Assembly (NCBI RefSeq): GCF_009914755.1
Contig: NC_060925.1
Strand: one strand, 5' to 3'
Source of the DNA: the human T2T-CHM13v2.0 reference genome, Homo sapiens
Length of the DNA: 64,000 nt
The position numbers were made by a program, and so were the translations under genes. A model generated the notes under the pieces. That model was not told the origin of the DNA and did not search any database. It saw nothing but the letters and a program-made list of their open reading frames with translations. Positions 1-23,925 of the stretch are shown one piece after another. Numbering within the stretch: position 1 is the first letter of the stretch; each line of letters begins with the position of its first letter.

Positions 1-18
1 TATTGGGTTCTTTCATAA

Positions 19-344
<326 letters not shown>

Positions 345-429
345 TACATCAGTGATTTTTAAAGTACACATTGAGTGCCCTGGGGCTTTTTGAAGGTGTC
401 TCAAAGAAAGATGATATTTAAATTAGATT

Positions 430-1815
430 GGCAGAACAGATTTGAAAATTCAGTCCCTTTATGTCTACATAAGAGTTACTTTAGATTCAGACACACAAGT
501 AGATTGAAAGTAAAAGGATGGAAAAAGATACTCCATGCAAACAATAACCGAAAGAGAGCTAGAGTGGTTATATGAATAATATCCAACAAAATAGACTTCA
601 AGAAAATTATTTTTTGCCAGAAACAACATACAATAAAACACTCAACCCATCAAGAATACGTACCAATTATATACGTGTGTATATACGTGTACACACATAT
701 TTCTAACAGAGCCCCAAAATACATAAAGCAAAATTTAAGTGGAGAGAAATAGACAATTCAACAGTAATCATTGTAGATTTCAGTACCCCACTTCCAATGG
801 CTAGGACACCATGACAGAAGATCAGTAAGGAACTTGAACCACTCTGTAGACCAATTGGATTTAACAGACATATATACAGAACACTCCACTGAACAGCAGA
901 ATGCATATTTTTCTCAAGTGCACATGAAACATTCTTTGCAAAATTTCAGACCACAAAACATCTCAATAAACTTAAAAATACTGAAATCATACAAAATGTG
1001 TTCTCTTACCACAATGGAATGAAACTATAAATCAATAGAAGGAAAGTGGTATAATTTACTAATAGGTGGAAGTTAAACAATGTACTCCTAAGTAACCAGT
1101 GGATCAAAGATGAAATCACAGGGAAATTAGAAAATACTTGGGGGTGAATGGAAAGAAAAAGTTGATATACAATAGCATATGGGATGCAGTGGAGCTGTGT
1201 TGAGATAGAACTTTATAGCTTTAAATGCCTGCATTTAAAGAAGGTTTCAAATTAATAAGCTAAACTTCAGCCTTAAGAAATTAGAAAAAGAAGGGCAAAG
1301 TAAACCACAAAAGAAGCAGAAGAAAGGTAATAAAGATTTTAGCAGAAATACGAAATACAGAAGAGAAAAACAATTGAGGGCTGGGTGTGGCAGCTCACAC
1401 CTGTAATCCCAGCACTTGGGAGGCCGAGGCCGGTGGATCACCTGAGGTCAGGAGCTCGAGACCAGTCTGGCCAACATGGCGACACCTTGTCTCTACTAAA
1501 AAATACAAAAGTTAGTTGGGTGTGGTGGCATGTGCCTGTATTCCTAGCTACTTGGGAGGCTGAGGCAGGAGAATCTCTTGAACCCAGGAGGCGGAGGTTG
1601 CAGTGAGCCACTGCACTCCAGCCTGGGTGACAGAGCGAGACTCCATCCAAAAATAATAATAATAAATAATTGAGAATAGCAACAAAACCAAAAGTTGACT
1701 CTTCGTGAAGATCAACAAAATTAACCTTTGGCTAAACTGATGAAGAGAAAAAGACTCAAATTACTAAGATAGGAATGAACGAGGGAACGTTACTACCAAC
1801 CATACAGAAGTAAAA
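430..1815 (+). mobile_element. Old L1 (L1M) ORF2 endonuclease-region fragment, interrupted by an Alu at 1379-1668
   Basis: RLKVKGWKKILHAN and LDLTDIY motifs of the L1 ORF2p N-terminus; frameshifted and A-rich. Confidence 0.85.
1379..1668 (+). mobile_element. AluS within L1
   Basis: Full dimer; TSD aattgag. Confidence 0.92.
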
Positions 1816-2592
<777 letters not shown>

Positions 2593-2601
2593 GGTATAGA
2601 T

Positions 2602-3051
2602 TGTATTAGGGTTAGGGTTCTCTAGAAGGACAGAACTAATGGAATATATATATATATATAGAGAGAGAGAGAGTTAAGTATTAACTCACACGATCACAAG
2701 ATCCCACAATAGACCGTCTGCAGGATGAGGAGCAGGGAGAGCCAATCTGTGTTCCAAAACTGAAGAACTTGGAGTCCAATGTTCAAGGGTGAGAAGCATC
2801 CAGTACAACAGAAAAGATGTAGGCTGGGAGGCTAGGCCAGTCTCTCCTTTCACATTTTTCTGCCTGCTTATATTCTAGCCGAGCTAGCAGCTGATTAGAT
2901 GGTGCCCACCCAGATTTAAGGGTGGGTCTGCCTTTCCCAGCCACTGACTGAAATGTTACTCTCCTTTGGCAACACCCCCACAGACACACCCAAGATCAAT
3001 ACTTTGTAATCTTCAATCCAATCAAGTTGACATTCAGTATTAGCCATCACA
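2602..3051 (-). mobile_element. MLT2A (HERV-L) solo LTR
   Basis: TG...CA termini, 5 bp TSD tagat (2597-2601, 3052-3056), caatccaatcaagttgacattcagtatt, internal (TA)n(GA)n. Confidence 0.88.
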
Positions 3052-3531
3052 TAGATGATTTCTTAAGGTCCCATGCACCATCAAAGGCTTTCCAAACCTA
3101 TTAGGATTTTAACTAGATGAAGCAGTTCTCAGGATTTATGTAGCATTTGGATTTTCTTTTGTATGTTTTTAAGACAATGAATGAAGTTCTCTTGAACGAG
3201 TGTTCCATAGTTGTAGCACCTCATTCCCCTAAAGTTCTCATTTTATAGAGTCACACTGATTTTAATTCAGAGATTACATATTCTGATTTTCTATCTATAT
3301 ATAATTGTATGTCTCAAGAAAAAAATTTTTTTTTTGCCTTTGCAGAATAAAAGGACTATCTATAGTTAATTTTTAGTTATATCATCTTCAGATTTTAAGA
3401 TAAAAGTCATCCTTACTGGTCTACTTTTTTTCTGGGAAGGTCTTGTTTGTAACCATTGTCAATGATCTTTTGAATAATATAAGCAGTTGCATTTTCCAAA
3501 TCCTAACTGTTGCTTTAAGAAACATGACAGA

Positions 3532-3974
3532 GGCATTATTCACAATAGCAAAGACTTCGAACCAACCCAAATGTCCAACAATGATAGACTGGATTAAGAA
3601 AATGTGGCACATATACACCATGGAATACTATGCAGCCATAAAAAATGATGAGTTCATGTCCTTTGTAGGGACATGGATGAAATTGGAAATCATCATTCTC
3701 AGTAAACTATCGCAAGAACAAAAAACCAAACACCGCATATTCTCATAGGTGGGAACTGAACAATGAGATCACATGGTCACAGGAAGGGGAATATCACACT
3801 CTGGGAACTGTGGTGGGGTGGGGGGAGGGGGGAGGGATAGCATTGGGAGATATACCTAATGGTAGATGACGAGTTAGTGGGTGCAGCACACCAGCATGGC
3901 ACATGTATACATATGTAACTAACCTGCACAATGTGCACATGTACGTAAAACTTAAAGTATAAAAAAAAAAAAAA
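3532..3974 (+). mobile_element. 5'-truncated young L1PA (L1PA2/3-like) 3' end
   Basis: ORF2 C-terminus, 3' UTR G-tract and poly(A). Perfect 15 bp TSD aagaaacatgacaga (3517-3531, 3975-3989). GAG rather than ACA/ACG at the Ta diagnostic site. Confidence 0.93.
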
Positions 3975-4327
3975 AAGAAACATGACAGAACAATATCTGG
4001 GTGACATAAAAACACAGAACTCAAAATACAAAACTTTTTTCCATATCCATAATGCCCACAAAAGCCTCTAAGGCTGCCTTTGTCTACCTGATATCACACA
4101 CACACATGCACACACACAGGAGTTTCTCTGGGACACTTCTTAGTACTTCATGTATGGAGGTAAAATGGATAAAAGACTAGCAACACCAAACAGGCAGAAT
4201 CCTAATGGCACTGCCTCTTCAGGAATGAAGATTTGGGTCACCCACCAGTTAAATAAAACCCTCAATTAACTGAAGTTTTGACTACAGAGAAAGGGAACAT
4301 AGGATGGGTAGTAGAAGGAAATCATAA

Positions 4328-4830
<503 letters not shown>

Positions 4831-5781
4831 TAGCCTTCAAGTTATAGTATGGCAAAGGCGAGTTGTATTGCACTAAAAGGAATAAATATCAGAGATGGAG
4901 ATAGGAACTGACAGGACTTTGTCTGTCTCCTTTAGCAAAAAGTTTATCATGCCCCAATTACGTCACATTAGGTGATGTTTGGAAGTTTAAACCTTGCTAG
5001 CAGGGAGTGTATGAGTGCCAAGTAACCAAAAGGATGGACTGTGCTGGGCATTGGCCATTGATACTCAACTTCAGACTTGCTTTCCAAACTCTATTGTAGG
5101 AGCTGGAAGCCTGGAAACCACACTTCCTTGATTTTCTTGCTAAGAGGGTTTATTTTCATTCTACTAATGAGAGGCACGTGTACTATTTGGAAGGCAAAAG
5201 AGAAACAAGCCCTTATTCCTTCAGCCAGCGGGCAGGCGTATGTAGGCTTGTTCAGACGGCATACGTGAGGTTCTGCAGGACCTTCTGCATTTTGTTAATC
5301 ACCTGCTTCAGTGCTGCAGGCAGCTGAGATCATCAGCTGTGATTTCCTGCAATTCCTGCGACTTCTTGATTTCCTGCACTCACTGGCAGCTTTCCCTGAC
5401 CTTCCTTTCCTCCAGCCCTTCCAGTGTTTTGGAAGCACCTGGGTTCAATCCTTTCCTGAGTGTAATACTTGAGTGCCTTCTGTTTTCCTGACTGAATGCT
5501 GACAGAGTTTTCAGATATAAAATACAAATGGTTCTTAAGCGTAGGAAAAGATGGCTGATCTCTCTCATAATAAGAGAAATACAGATTTAAACTATATTAC
5601 CACTTTTATCAGATGGGGTACAGTTTGAAGCTCAAGAACACTCTGTTGACCTGGGAGAAATGGGCACTCATGCTGCTGTGAAAAGTGGAAATCAATGTTG
5701 ATCTATATGGAGGGATTTTGGCAATATCTACCAAGTGTATTCATACCTTTGTGAATTTATGTATTCAAAAACTACTCATTA

Positions 5782-6197
<416 letters not shown>

Positions 6198-6518
6198 TGA
6201 GACAGCTCTAAATGTATGGTTATGAAAAGATATCCAAGCTATTTTAACTAAATCAAATTTTGTATATGTCACAACTGTGTGAAAAAAATTAAAAATATGT
6301 ATGTTTTTAAAACGCACAGAGTATCTCTAGAAAAATACATACAAATTGACAATAGTGTTTGTTGGGTCCCTTTCTTTCAAAAGGGAATCAGTGAGCAAGC
6401 CTGAAAATACAGGTGGCACATTTGTTAGGTTTTCTATGATGTAAAGAGCTTAAAACCAAAGATAATGTTGGTATTATTATTATTAATCTTGTTTCAATCT
6501 TTTCTAAGGATGATTTGA

Positions 6519-6863
<345 letters not shown>

Positions 6864-7479
6864 CAGAAACTTTAGCAAACAGTGAGAATAGCTGCTGGAA
6901 TCACTTCCTGATCTTGAGTTAGATCATATGAAGCCTTGTAAGAGACCCACAAGAAATTCATGGTCATGAGCTTACAGTGAGAATACACAGGAAACTTTGT
7001 TTCCTAAGTATCCACAACTAGTTGCTTTAAACTTCTTAAAACCACATTTATTTCAGGCTATTTTTAAAGAATTAAAATGTTACGGAATCTGACTCCAACC
7101 CTGCCATCTCCAGAGGCAACTACCAACTAGAAATTGAAATATATATTTTTCTGATACACATTTTCGTGTTTTTACTGTATAACTGTCTACCCATTAACAG
7201 TTTATGTTTTGTTTGGTTTTAAAATTTACATATAAATAGTGTACATATCTTTTTGCAACTGATTTTTTTCATTCAATATTAGTGTTTTTGAGATTTATAT
7301 GCATCAATGTGTGTAATTCTAGTTAATCCATTTTAGCTGACAATTCTAGTTAATCCATTTATCAATTTAATTGATAAATCATTTTATCGGTTTATCACTT
7401 GCACTCACATAAACTGAAAGACCAGTTTATCAGTTTCCCTTCTGCTGTAATCTGATGTACCCCAGACTACTCTCCCTCC

Positions 7480-7751
7480 TTTCTGTTGCCCAGGCTGGAG
7501 TGCAGTGGCATGATCCCGTCCCACTGCAACTTCTGCCTCCTTGATTGAAGCAATTCTCCTGCCTCAGCCTCCCAAGTAGCTGGGATTACAGGCATGAGCC
7601 ACCATGGCTCATGGCTAATTTTTCTATTTTTAGTAGAGACGGGGTTTCACCATGTTGGCCAAGCTGGTCCCAAACTCCTGACCTCAAGTGATCCACCTGC
7701 TTCCACCTCCCAAAGTGCTGGGATTACAGGCATGAGCCACTGCGCCTGGCC
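7480..7751 (-). mobile_element. AluS, tail-less
   Basis: Antisense Alu text without a T-run. Confidence 0.88.
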
Positions 7752-7759
7752 ACACTCTT

Positions 7760-10660
<2,901 letters not shown>

Positions 10661-10664
10661 TTAG

Positions 10665-11033
<369 letters not shown>

Positions 11034-11073
11034 CCAAGTTTTTGATACTATAAACAATACTGAAGTGAGTATC

Positions 11074-11946
<873 letters not shown>

Positions 11947-12109
11947 ATATCTTTGGCTTATCTCCTTGTGTACCTATGTAAGAATTTCTCTAGGAAGATT
12001 ATGAAGGAGTGAAGTTGCTTGGTCTTAGGGGTATACGTATGTTCCACTTTATTAGATATTGCCAAAGTGCTTTTACCAATCTAAGCTTTCTTCTACAACT
12101 GTCTAATAG

Positions 12110-12487
<378 letters not shown>

Positions 12488-12954
12488 TAATTTTCCTACT
12501 GCTACTAATTTTACCTATATGAGATCGCATTTTTGTGAGCTAAAACTATCAAGTATTGGCAATTTAATGAGGTTTAATCTAATAGTGAATATCTTTACAA
12601 TGAAAACTTTTGCCACCCAGATTTTGTCTATATATTACTTGCCCTTATATTCTTGACATTTTTCTATTAGATTGTCTTTCTCCAAACTGCTCTTTCCCCC
12701 TTCTCTCCTTTTTGTAGTTCTTTACTGATAGCTTCTCCTGGTCTATGGTTGAGAGTATGTTGTCCTTTTTATAGAGAAATTTTGATGCCACCAAAATTTG
12801 GACACCAGTATCCATTACCTGCCACTCTCAATTACCCTTAACCGCCCCCCACCCCCGTGGCCTTAGGCAACAACTAATCGACTTTCTATATGTACATATT
12901 TGCCTGTTATGGACATTTCATGTAATGGAATCATAAAATTCCATTCTTTCAATT

Positions 12955-14069
<1,115 letters not shown>

Positions 14070-14389
14070 TAAAGCAGATTCCTTAGGGTTTACTACATAC
14101 AAAATCATGTCATCTGCAAATACAGATAGCTTTACTTCCTTTCCAATCTTGATGCCTTTTATTTTTGTCTCTAACCTAATTGCTCTGTCTAGAACCTCCA
14201 GTACAATGTTGAACAGAAGTGGCAAAAGCAGGCATCCTTGTCTTGTTCCTGATCTTAGGGAGAAAGCTTTTAGTCTTTTAATTATGATGTTATCTGTGGG
14301 TTTTTCATAGATACCCTTTATCAGGTTGAGGAAGTTCCCTTCCGGTCCTAGTTAGTTGAGCATTTTATCATGAAAGACTGTTGGATTTT

Positions 14390-15133
14390 TTTTTAATTTG
14401 AATATGATTTTACTGAAGCATACATCATTTCAAAGCAAAATTAGTTTATGTTGTCAATTCTAACATATAATACATTTAAGTCATTATATGAATTTCATTT
14501 TTTGTGTATTTCACTGTAGTGCTGTGACAACAAAATGACATCTGTGTCCCAGAGCATACATATATCAACAGTAAGATGTAATTTTTCATTACATCACTGC
14601 TAGAATATTTAGCTTTGTGTAGGAGACCTAAGCATGTAAGATGGCCACACTAAATAATTTTCTGTTTTTTTCCTTAGGTAATCTTAATTTTTTATCAGTA
14701 ATACTTTATAGCTGTTAGTTGTGCATTGGCAGTATAAAAGCTAATATATACTGTATGGTCTTGCAACAGTTTTAAAGCCTCTGCATAACTGATAATAAAA
14801 ATGCATGACATTTTTGTTTTTAATAGACTTTTAAAATTATAGTTTTAGGTTTAACACATAGATCTTTGTACACTTGACTTTTTGACATAGCAAGGCCAAA
14901 AATAACTTTCTGAATATTTTTTTCTTGTGTATAAGTGGAAAGGGCATTTTTCACATATAAGTGGGCTAACCAATATTTTCAAAAGAACTTCATCATTGTG
15001 CAACTAACAACAGTAACTAGCCCTTAATTATGGTGACAGTTCCTTATTGGTGTGTGTGAGATTACTCTAGCAGCTATTACAGTATAACACAGATGATCTT
15101 CACACACCCCATCACCCAGATAATTTACAGTTC
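14390..15133 (-). pseudogene. Retrotransposed (processed) copy of an unidentified AT-rich transcript 3' end or 3' UTR
   Basis: Flanked by a ~19 bp TSD tgaaaga(c/t)tgttggatttt (14371-14389 and 15134-15152). Short poly(A) (T-run on +), AGTAAA signal at 14409-14414; interrupts an L1M. Confidence 0.75.
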
Positions 15134-15789
15134 TGAAAGATTGTTGGATTTTATCATGTGCTTCTGCATCTGTTGCAATGATCATACAGTTTTTGTCCTT
15201 TCTTCTCTTGACATGGGATATTCAAATATCACATGACTGGGATCAATTTCACTTGGTCATGACGTATAATCCTTTTTATGTGCTGGATTCAGTTTGCTAG
15301 TATGTTGTTGAGGATTTTTGTGTTAGTATTCATCTTTGTCTGGTTTGTTATCAGGGAATACTGACCTCATCTCCACCTTGCCTTCAACTGTGAGCAGCTG
15401 CTTTGTTAATTAACGTGCATCCCAATCTGTATTCCTTCCATGTTGCTAAGGGATTTGCTTTTCTTTCTATTTTCCTTGTATCTGTTATTTCTTTGTGTTT
15501 ATAGTATGTGGCATTGTACTTTAGGTCATTTTTCCATGTTGCCAGATCTGATAGTCAAATTTTTGAAAGAAAAATATTTTTTGCTTAATTTTTATATGCA
15601 CATTATAGAAAAACCTAGAGGCAAAAAAAAAAAACTTTTATAATTCTGCTTACAGAGATAACTACTGTTAGCATTATGTTTACTCCATGTCTTTCTAATC
15701 TCATTTCTGTGTGTGTGTGTGTACAGGTATATATGCACATGTATAAATACAGCTAAACTAAAGAGGAATTGATGCCTTTTATACTATAT

Positions 15790-16102
15790 TATATTATTTT
15801 ATTATTATTATTTTTGAGATGGAGTCTCGCTCTGTCACCCAGGCTGGAGGGCAGTGGCATGATCTCGGCTCACTTCACTGCAACCTCTGCCTCCTGGGTT
15901 CAAGCGATTCTCCTGCCTCAGCCTCCTGAGTAGCTGGGATTATAGGCACGCACCACCATGCCTGGCTAATTTTTGTATTTTTAGTAGAGATGGGGTTTCA
16001 CCATGTTGGCCAGGCCAGTCTCAAACTCCTGACCTCAGGTGATCCATCTGCCTCGGCCTCCCAAAGTGCTGGGATTACAGGCGTGAGTCACCATGCCCGG
16101 CC
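15790..16102 (-). mobile_element. AluS
   Basis: Full dimer. Confidence 0.9.
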
Positions 16103-17557
16103 TGTACTATCTTATAACATGACTTTTTTCACTAAAGATATTGTCAAAACATTTACGTGTTAATCAGTGTATTCCTACCAGGTGATTTTTAATAGCTACA
16201 AAGTATCCCATCATGGTTCTATAATGCAATTTATTCACCCATCTCTGTTGTTGCATATTTAAGGGTTATTTTTTAAAAGTTTGTTTTTATAAACAACACT
16301 GACACACGTCCTTGAAACTGCATCTTTGCCTCCATCTATGTTTGTTTCCTTAGTATAAATTGCTGACAGTAGAATACCTAGGTCTTATGAATGTTTTTGG
16401 TATTTACTGAAAAATTGAGTTGATTTCTTCTGGAACAATTATCAACCAGATTCCTTTTTAAAAAATTCTGATTCAGTTATGTAAGCTCTACATGGTGTGA
16501 AATGGATTTATATGTGTCTCTTCCCAGGGCTGTAGGCATTGCGCTGTAATTTTCTGCTAAGGTTACTAAGAGGTAGTCTCTGGTGCGACTTTCCTACCTA
16601 CCGTAGTTCATACGTGCTCTGAAGTATTAGTACGTGCACCAAAGGAGAAAGTTTCTCTATGATGACTTTTCAACATGAAAAATAAAGTGTAGATGCCTCA
16701 CATCATTTATCTGCTCCATTTACCAGCACCCAGCCTCATCCTGCCTCAGCGAACTTAATAAGATTAACAGATGTCATTTCTTTAATCTTCATTAGAATAC
16801 TGTCAGGTAACAGCGTCATTCTGGGGTTACCAGAACTGAGGCATAGAACACTGATGAGAGGGACTAAAATCACGGGAAAACATTCCTCAGGCCTTGCAAC
16901 TTCCAATATAGTCAATCCATACTTTTCTCAAGTAGTTTTTTTTTTTTTTTTAACAGAGTACTACATCAGAAGCCTTCAAAATGGAATTGGTTTATTATTC
17001 AAATATTCTATTTCATAAATTATAAATTATGTAAAATATGGCCATCATTCTTGCTTCAAAGCACTGAAAAGAGACATGATAAGATTCTAAGAAATTATCA
17101 TTAATGTTATTAAGTTTCACAATGGCATTATGATTATGTATGGATGTGGACATAATTTTTACATATGCATATTGAAGTATATAGGTGGAAAACCATGAAG
17201 TCTGATATTTGCTTTAAAATTCAGTGGGGAGGGAGAGAAGGAGAGAAGGTTGGATGGATAGTTGAAGCAAGTATGGCAGAATTTGTTGAATTTGTGTGTT
17301 GGGTTGATGGCTCATTGTACTATTCTTCTTTTGTGAACATTTGGCGTTTTTCATAATTTAATAAAAGGTGTTTCCTTTAAGTTGGGGAGAGAGGAAGAAA
17401 GGGTAGAAAGAGAGGAAAGAGAGAGGGAGAAAGAGAAGACAAAGAGACACTCACAGAGAATCCTGTTGAGACTGAGTCAGTGAGACCAAGTCACAGGAAA
17501 TCTGTCTGATAAAGGGAAAAACTTGGCTGAAGCTGACTTTGTTATGAATTAGCTTCC

Positions 17558-17575
17558 TGCTGCCATCTAATGGCA
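17558..17575 (-). promoter_or_regulatory. Candidate CTCF site
   Basis: Minus strand TGCCATTAGATGGCAGCA. Confidence 0.5.
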
Positions 17576-17837
17576 CACACGTACTTATGGATATGTATAT
17601 GTGTATCCATAGACAACACACACACACACACACACATGCGTTTCTATTGCTCAAAGCCTGTATCTATCTGTTTTTAAATTATTTCCCCACATCATAAACA
17701 TCTTTTAATCTCATCTCATTTACCCTCATCACATTTTTGAGAGAGTAAAAAAAATGTAGGGATGATGCTATCTTTTTATAGACAAAACTGAGGCACTGAG
17801 GAGGTAAGTGGCTTTGCCACTTTTGAAAAGCTAGATC

Positions 17838-18132
17838 GGCTGGGCAGGGTGGCTCATGCCTGTAATCCCAGCACTTTGGGAGGCCGAGGTGGGTGGATCA
17901 CAAGGTCAGGAGTTTGAGACCAGCCTGACCAACGTGGTGAAACCCCGTCTCTACTAAAAATACAAAAATTAGCTGGACGTAGGGCACATGCCTGTAATCC
18001 CAGCTATTCAGGAGGCTGCGGCAGGAGAATCGCTTGACCCTGGGAGGCGAGGTTGCAGTGAGCCGAGATCGCGCCACTGCACTCCAGTCTGGGTGACGGA
18101 GCAAGACTATGTCTCAAAAAAAAAACAAAAAA
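17838..18132 (+). mobile_element. AluS inserted in a MIR
   Basis: TSD aaaagctagatc. Confidence 0.9.
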
Positions 18133-18279
18133 AGCTAGATCAACATGACCTCTTTCCTTGAACCCATGCTTTGTGACATCTGTCTCAGAACTGCCCTGGT
18201 TGCATTTCCTAGTGTTAGTCCTTAAAGCACAGGAATGACGTTATTAATATCAATGAGATATGGAAACTCATTTGAAACC

Positions 18280-18532
18280 ATCTCTGATCTCTGTCTTCAT
18301 CATCGCATGGTATTCTCCCTGCATGGGTGACTCTTTCCTTCCCGTTTTCATATGGACTGCAATCATTTTGGATTAGGGCTCACCCTACTTCAGAATGACC
18401 TAATCTTAACCAATTACATCTGCAATTACCCTGTTTCCAAATTAAGTCGCATTCTAGGTACTGGGGATTGGGACTCGGTGTTCATACTCCAGTGTATGAA
18501 TAATGAGAAGGGGACACAGTTCAACCCATAAC
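18280..18532 (-). mobile_element. MLT1 LTR fragment
   Basis: ggattagggctcacccta...taattacatctgca...gggacacagttcaacccataaca. Confidence 0.7.
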
Positions 18533-18578
18533 ACTCCCTTTTCTGAAACTTCTCGCTAGATTTGTGTTTTGTTCATGA

Positions 18579-19096
<518 letters not shown>

Positions 19097-20095
19097 CTAG
19101 ATTGTAAGATTTGTAAAGTCTGTGGTTTGTCGTTATAAAATCCATAGTGCTAAGCACAGAGGCTGGATAGATGTTTATTAGGGGCCTTACATTTCTTCAC
19201 TATGGCTACCTTTGGGCATCCAGGTTAGGTTATACCTCCAAAGAGCAAGAGGCAGGATTTCATTAAAATGTTGATGAATCCAAAGTTCTTCTACGTACCT
19301 GTCTGCCTGCACTGAAGTTCATAAGTTTATGTATCATTGTTGGAGTCAGGACAAAATGGGGTTTGAGAGTCAGGTTGAGAACCCAGGGGGTGAGAATGGA
19401 TGAGAGAGAGGGAGAGAGAGAGAGAGAGAGAGACGAAAGAAAGAGAGAAAGTGTGGCTATCACAAAGCCAGGGGAGACACTGAGTTAATGATGGTAGCAT
19501 GATATCAGAGAATCAGAAATATGCCATAAAAGAAGTGAATACAAGGATTACAAGAACATTTCAAAACCTAATGCTAGTGTTCAGGGGACAGAGATCCTGC
19601 AAGAGTTGAAGAGAGGGAGTAAGCCACAAAACAATTCCAAGCACCGGTGTCAAAGGGGCAAAATATCTGGCCAAAGGTTCAGGCAATGGAAGTAGAATAT
19701 CAGAAGCAAGAAATCGATTTGATGATGAGCCAGGTCATGGCCTTTTCCTGGGGATCTTACATCCCTGGGAAGGCCAGGAACAGGTCCATAAATTCAGCCA
19801 ATCTAGGATCCACTTGGAGAGAGAAGGGGAAGCACTTGGCTGGAGCAGGGGCTTGCATAGCCTCTGGTAGCCACTGACAAGACCTCAGCACGGGAGGCCA
19901 ACCCTCAGACGCATTGCTGTTCATTTAGTCAAAATGCTGAGCTGTACAATTAGAAAAAAATAACTCATTGTCCCTTCTCTCAAGATGCTGACAGGTTCAT
20001 GGGGGAAATCAAACACCTTCAAGAAAAAGTAAGCATCCTACAAAGTAGTAACACAATTTACGTAGGAAGTTGGATTTAAAAAAAACTAATTTTTA

Positions 20096-21468
<1,373 letters not shown>

Positions 21469-22779
21469 TAGGACCCAGTCATTTAATGGTCTATATTTCT
21501 GTGCAGTTTTTAGCTAATATAATACTACAGTGGCCTTCTTTACGGGCATGGTTGTTTATTTTATTTAAAAAGTAACTTTAAAAATTATTGTCCTAAAATC
21601 TCATTCTGAATTACTCTTCTGTTGTTCTCAGTGTGTGTAAGAATCTTGCCTTGGGCTTGTTTTGAATCCCCCAGCCAGGAGTGGTAGGAACTTTGGAGTT
21701 CACTGATTAACAGCAAATGGTGGGAAAGCGCAGAATTTCCTGGAGCCACATGATTTGGTAGCAGGTGCAAAGGGAACTCTATGGTTTGAGCTATTACATC
21801 CCAGAGGCATGATCGAAACAAAACCTCTTTTTAAATGGGGTTAACCTAGAAGGTGACAATTAAAATGTTGAGAGATATTGTTAGGACAGCCACTGTGGGC
21901 AAGTAGTGGTGCCCATAGGAGAGATGCCAGAAGACGACTAAGGAGGTGTCACAACCAGGAGCAGAGACCCTGCAGATGGCAACTCACAACAAAGAGAGCG
22001 AGGATCAGGTCAAAAGCTCAGGGGGCTGTTCAACAAATTTTGATAAAGGTGACGTGGAGTTCAATCTGAAACCAGGAAGTGGAAGACCTCCCTGTGTCCC
22101 CTACAACATCTGTCAACAACGCCTGCCTTTGTGTTAAAACGAGGCCGGAATGGGGAGCAAACTAAAGAACGGGGACCAGTTTCCTCTCTTTGTGCCCCAG
22201 TTCCCCCTCCTTTGTATACACCCTCCATCCTGAATAGACTCTGGTTCTCAGCGCTAACACCGACAACATTCATCCTGTAGAGAAACAAATGTTGCTCAGA
22301 AGGACACAGCCAAAGAATCATCAGAGAGTTGGGAGCCAAGACCCCCGAGGTAGCACTTGTGGAAATCAAGTCTACATAAGATAACCCATGCAAACAAGCC
22401 AAACAAGGCCAACATTGAATGTCACATAGACTGTTTTTTTCCCATCATAAGGCAGAACTTTGATAGAACAGCGAGCAACTTGACGACATGGTTTTAGACT
22501 GTTAGACCCTAGTGGCGGCCACGACTGGCTGATGAGTGTTTCCCTCGTTGGGCATTTTAAAAAAAATCACTAAATACTTTATATCTCTTAGAATTTTTGT
22601 TGTAAACATGTTGAAAGAGCTGTTTTAGAATTAGCTAGACATTGATTTTTTTCTGATTTTTATGTCACTCTTGTGCACAGATTAAAAAAAGAAAATACAA
22701 ACAAATCTAATTGGTCAAGGTATTCCTAAACGTTTTTGCATTCAGAGGCTCTTTCATCAATCATCTCCACCCCCCAACC

Positions 22780-23925
<1,146 letters not shown>

